This document shows positions 63,485-64,000 of a stretch of 64,000 nucleotides of DNA, piece by piece (the first letter of the stretch is position 1; each line of letters opens with the position of its first letter). The stretch is from Nitrososphaeria archaeon. GTDB taxonomy: Archaea; Thermoproteota; Nitrososphaeria; JACIWG01. The DNA lies in the NCBI GenBank assembly GCA_963752255.1, contig CAVVXT010000003.1, positions 64,001 to 128,000 on the forward strand, written 5' to 3'. The notes below the pieces were generated by a model that saw nothing but the letters and a program-made list of their open reading frames with translations, made no database searches and was not told the origin of the DNA. Position numbers and translations under genes: made by a program.

Positions 63485-63510
63485 TATCAAGCTTGATATC
63501 AAGCTTGAAT
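63485..63510. promoter_or_regulatory. Nested palindrome, copy 3
   Basis: TATCAAGCTTGATATCAAGCTTGAAT, ~145 bp upstream of the class II FBP-aldolase-like gene. Confidence 0.75.
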
Positions 63511-63655
63511 AGGATAAATAGGAGGAAATAAAGGTGAACAGTTTAACCAATTCTATGTTTTTATGGTGATTCCAATAATAATTCCTAAATTTTCCATCAC
63601 CTTTTAAAAAAAGCTTATATGAGGCAAAAAGTTAGCGGTTAAACGTGATATATAC

Positions 63656-64000
63656 ATGTTAGAAAGCACAAAAGAAATGTTAGAGAAGGCGAAAGAGGAG
63701 AAATATGGTATCGGACTATTTGTTATTTTCAATTTGTCCTTTATTAAACCAGTAATTGAAGCCGCTGAAGAAGCACATTCTCCTGTAATGATTGGAGCTA
63801 CATATGGGCTCGCTGAGGCAAGTGGAGGTGAAAGCTTCCTAGCGCATATGAGGGTCGCCGCTGAAGAGGCTAAGATTCCTGTAACAGTTCACCTGGACCA
63901 TGGAAAAACCTTCGAGGAGGTGATGACATGTTTAAAGTACGGATGGACTTCTATGATGTTTGATGCCGCAAATAAGCCTCTAAAAGAGAATATCCAATTA
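63656..64000 (+). CDS. Class II fructose/tagatose-bisphosphate aldolase family (3'-partial)
   Basis: Not in the ORF track: MLESTKEMLEKAKEEKYGIG...EAAEEAHSPV...PVTVHLDHG...GWTSMMFDA; runs off the window end. Confidence 0.88.
   Translation, partial: MLESTKEMLEKAKEEKYGIGLFVIFNLSFIKPVIEAAEEAHSPVMIGATYGLAEASGGESFLAHMRVAAEEAKIPVTVHLDHGKTFEEVMTCLKYGWTSMMFDAANKPLKENIQL

Noticed and set aside
50654-63510. The three palindromes as CRISPR repeats
   Set aside because: They are kilobases apart with no spacer periodicity, and there are no cas genes

Overview
AT-rich archaeal chromosomal window, most likely a TACK/Thermoproteota lineage such as Bathyarchaeia or a relative. The basis is deoxyhypusine synthase, AMP phosphorylase, a form III Rubisco, a DUF3227-like protein and TATA boxes about 30 bp upstream of start codons. 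It is mostly housekeeping, Mo/W-handling and sugar/sugar-acid catabolic genes. I found no rRNA, tRNA or CRISPR array. Highlights: (1) a Rubisco with a complete active site and form III-a-like signatures, sharing a divergent promoter with a D-ribulose-kinase-type FGGY kinase and flanked by a FucA-like class II aldolase, an Ldh_2 dehydrogenase and an HpcH aldolase, which suggests a PRK-independent route to RuBP. (2) Three intergenic copies of a 26-bp nested palindrome (TATCAAGCTTGATATCAAGCTTGA) near sugar-catabolic genes. (3) A free-standing single-motif LAGLIDADG-HTH protein with its catalytic residues substituted, lying between two of those palindromes. There are also several gene remnants (Hint domain, integrase, nitroreductase, SufS, SPFH) and at least seven single-base frameshifts that look like long-read sequencing errors. 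All family assignments come from motif recognition by eye, not from database searches.
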